Shown here: positions 45,872 through 47,201 of the stretch, piece after piece
How the letters are laid out: every line of letters starts with the position of its first letter
Numbering within the stretch: position 1 is the first letter of the stretch
Assembly (NCBI GenBank): GCA_038870635.1
Contig: JAVZJR010000001.1
Span: 291,700 to 338,900 of the forward strand
Direction of reading: 5' to 3'
Length of the DNA: 47,201 nt
Source: Candidatus Bilamarchaeaceae archaeon
GTDB lineage: Archaea; Micrarchaeota; Micrarchaeia; Anstonellales; Bilamarchaeaceae
Notes under the pieces: model-generated
Told to the model about the DNA's origin: nothing
Seen by the model: only the letters and a program-made list of their open reading frames with translations
Database searches by the model: none
Made by a program: the position numbers and the translations under genes

Positions 45872-47201
45872 TTATTTTTTCTTTCTTTTGGTTTTTTTAT
45901 TTTCTTCGATCATTGGTGGAGGTAAATTTTTTTCATTTTCACAACTTTTATTAACTTCATCAATTGTTTGTTCTGGTTCTTTTTGGAGTTCTTGCATTAT
46001 ATTTATGTACATAAGTCGGTGTTTTTTTTCATTTTTTGTCTCTTCCCTCTGTTTCTCTACTTCTTGTATATTATAACCTACTCTTGCTTCTCTTTTTACC
46101 GTCCCCGTATCTATTATTTTTTCATGGTCTTCTTCATTATTTTTGAAACTTTGTCCCATTATTCCATCTCTCATTCCCCAGTTACTTGCATCTACCACTC
46201 GTAATTTCATTGGTAAAAGATATTTTTGGCCGTCAAACAATCTGACAATGCATTCTCTTTGATTTAATCGAACGAACATCTCTTTTTTTGATTCTTCAAT
46301 TTCTGTGGTTGCACGGTGCTTCTTAAAATACTCTTCTATTTTTATTTCCATAATTGAACTTAGAATTGATGCATCCTGTTTGTTAACTTTAAATGATATT
46401 ATATTTTTAGTATTAGATATTATGCTGTCAAGAACTTCCTTACTAAGCTGACCAAGGTACTGACAAGATAAGTAAGCATACAAATTGAACTTTCTTGTTT
46501 CTGATAGTATATCTTTTGTTACTCTTGTTTCTACTCTTGGAAACTCATCTACTACAAGAATAGTTGGTTTGTCCATTAACTTTTCACTTATTGCAGCTAT
46601 GTACATTTGATTAATTATAGCACCAGCAAGGAAGCTTATCATTCTTTTCCCAAAAAAGCTCGGGTCAAATGAAACAATAGTTATTCTGTTTTTCTTTAAC
46701 ACATCTAACAGCGCTTCACATTTTTTTTCTTTGCCTAAATAGAGTTGATATTCGCCAATAAAATTAAGAATCGGTAATATGGCGCTGTTGAAATGTTGGT
46801 TATATATATCAATATACTCCACATCAAAAAATCTTTTAACTTCATCATTCTCACATTCACTTGTATATTGTGCTCTTACCATTGGATCTGTCAGAAGAGC
46901 ACCCATATTACTAAGGTTCAACTTATTTATAGATGATAGCAAATGAACAGCGTAAAACAATACTCTTTCAGAATATTTGTTTTCTTGTCCTATCGAAGAA
47001 GCAATAAGTTGAGCTATTAGCTGAGTGAGCATTGGTGATTTTTGTCCGCCAACATCTAAGGGTTCTATATAATTATCTATGAAGTTGACATGTTTGTTAT
47101 GCGGGAAGAATTTTGAGAACTCACCGTGTGGGTCTATTATAATTATTCTTACGTTATCCTTATATTTCCTTTCTATTGCTTTTATCAATATAGCGAGCGC
47201 C
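45872..47201 (-). CDS. VirD4/TraD/HerA-like P-loop ATPase (5' partial)
   Basis: IIIDPHGE, LVVDEF (Walker B), LSE.RKF.L....Q...QL and N....I.F motifs. The frame is open to the window edge, so Walker A lies outside the window. Confidence 0.8.
   Translation of the reverse strand, partial: ALAILIKAIERKYKDNVRIIIIDPHGEFSKFFPHNKHVNFIDNYIEPLDVGGQKSPMLTQLIAQLIASSIGQENKYSERVLFYAVHLLSSINKLNLSNMGALLTDPMVRAQYTSECENDEVKRFFDVEYIDIYNQHFNSAILPILNFIGEYQLYLGKEKKCEALLDVLKKNRITIVSFDPSFFGKRMISFLAGAIINQMYIAAISEKLMDKPTILVVDEFPRVETRVTKDILSETRKFNLYAYLSCQYLGQLSKEVLDSIISNTKNIISFKVNKQDASILSSIMEIKIEEYFKKHRATTEIEESKKEMFVRLNQRECIVRLFDGQKYLLPMKLRVVDASNWGMRDGIMGQSFKNNEEDHEKIIDTGTVKREARVGYNIQEVEKQREETKNEKKHRLMYINIMQELQKEPEQTIDEVNKSCENEKNLPPPMIEENKKTKRKKK

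Overview
AT-rich archaeal chromosomal segment. Inferred to be DPANN, most resembling Micrarchaeota, from archaeal-type aIF5B, proteasome alpha, Fen1, RFC-L, aMBF1, PurP, AcdAB and EndoQ, plus broken operons, an unlinked 5S rRNA and CPR/DPANN-style hypothetical proteins. About 45 mostly housekeeping CDSs cover translation, DNA repair, de novo purine and pyrimidine synthesis, the non-oxidative pentose phosphate pathway and ADP-forming acetate-CoA ligase. RNA genes are tRNA-Ala(GGC) and a stand-alone 5S rRNA. The most unusual element is a ~480-bp non-coding array directly behind the 5S rRNA: a 103-bp-period repeat with 67-bp conserved blocks and two different 36-nt hairpin-forming inserts, then an 87-bp tandem hairpin repeat, then two perfect palindromes. 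Other points of interest are an orphan Cas2/VapD-like gene between inverted repeats next to an amber-interrupted mscL, a catalytically degenerate KaiC-like ATPase coupled to a Roadblock protein and TldD, two pyruvoyl decarboxylases (bacterial-type PanD and a variant AdoMetDC), and a VirB2-like pilin and VirD4/HerA-like ATPase at opposite ends of the window. All family calls come from motif recognition by eye; no database searches were run.
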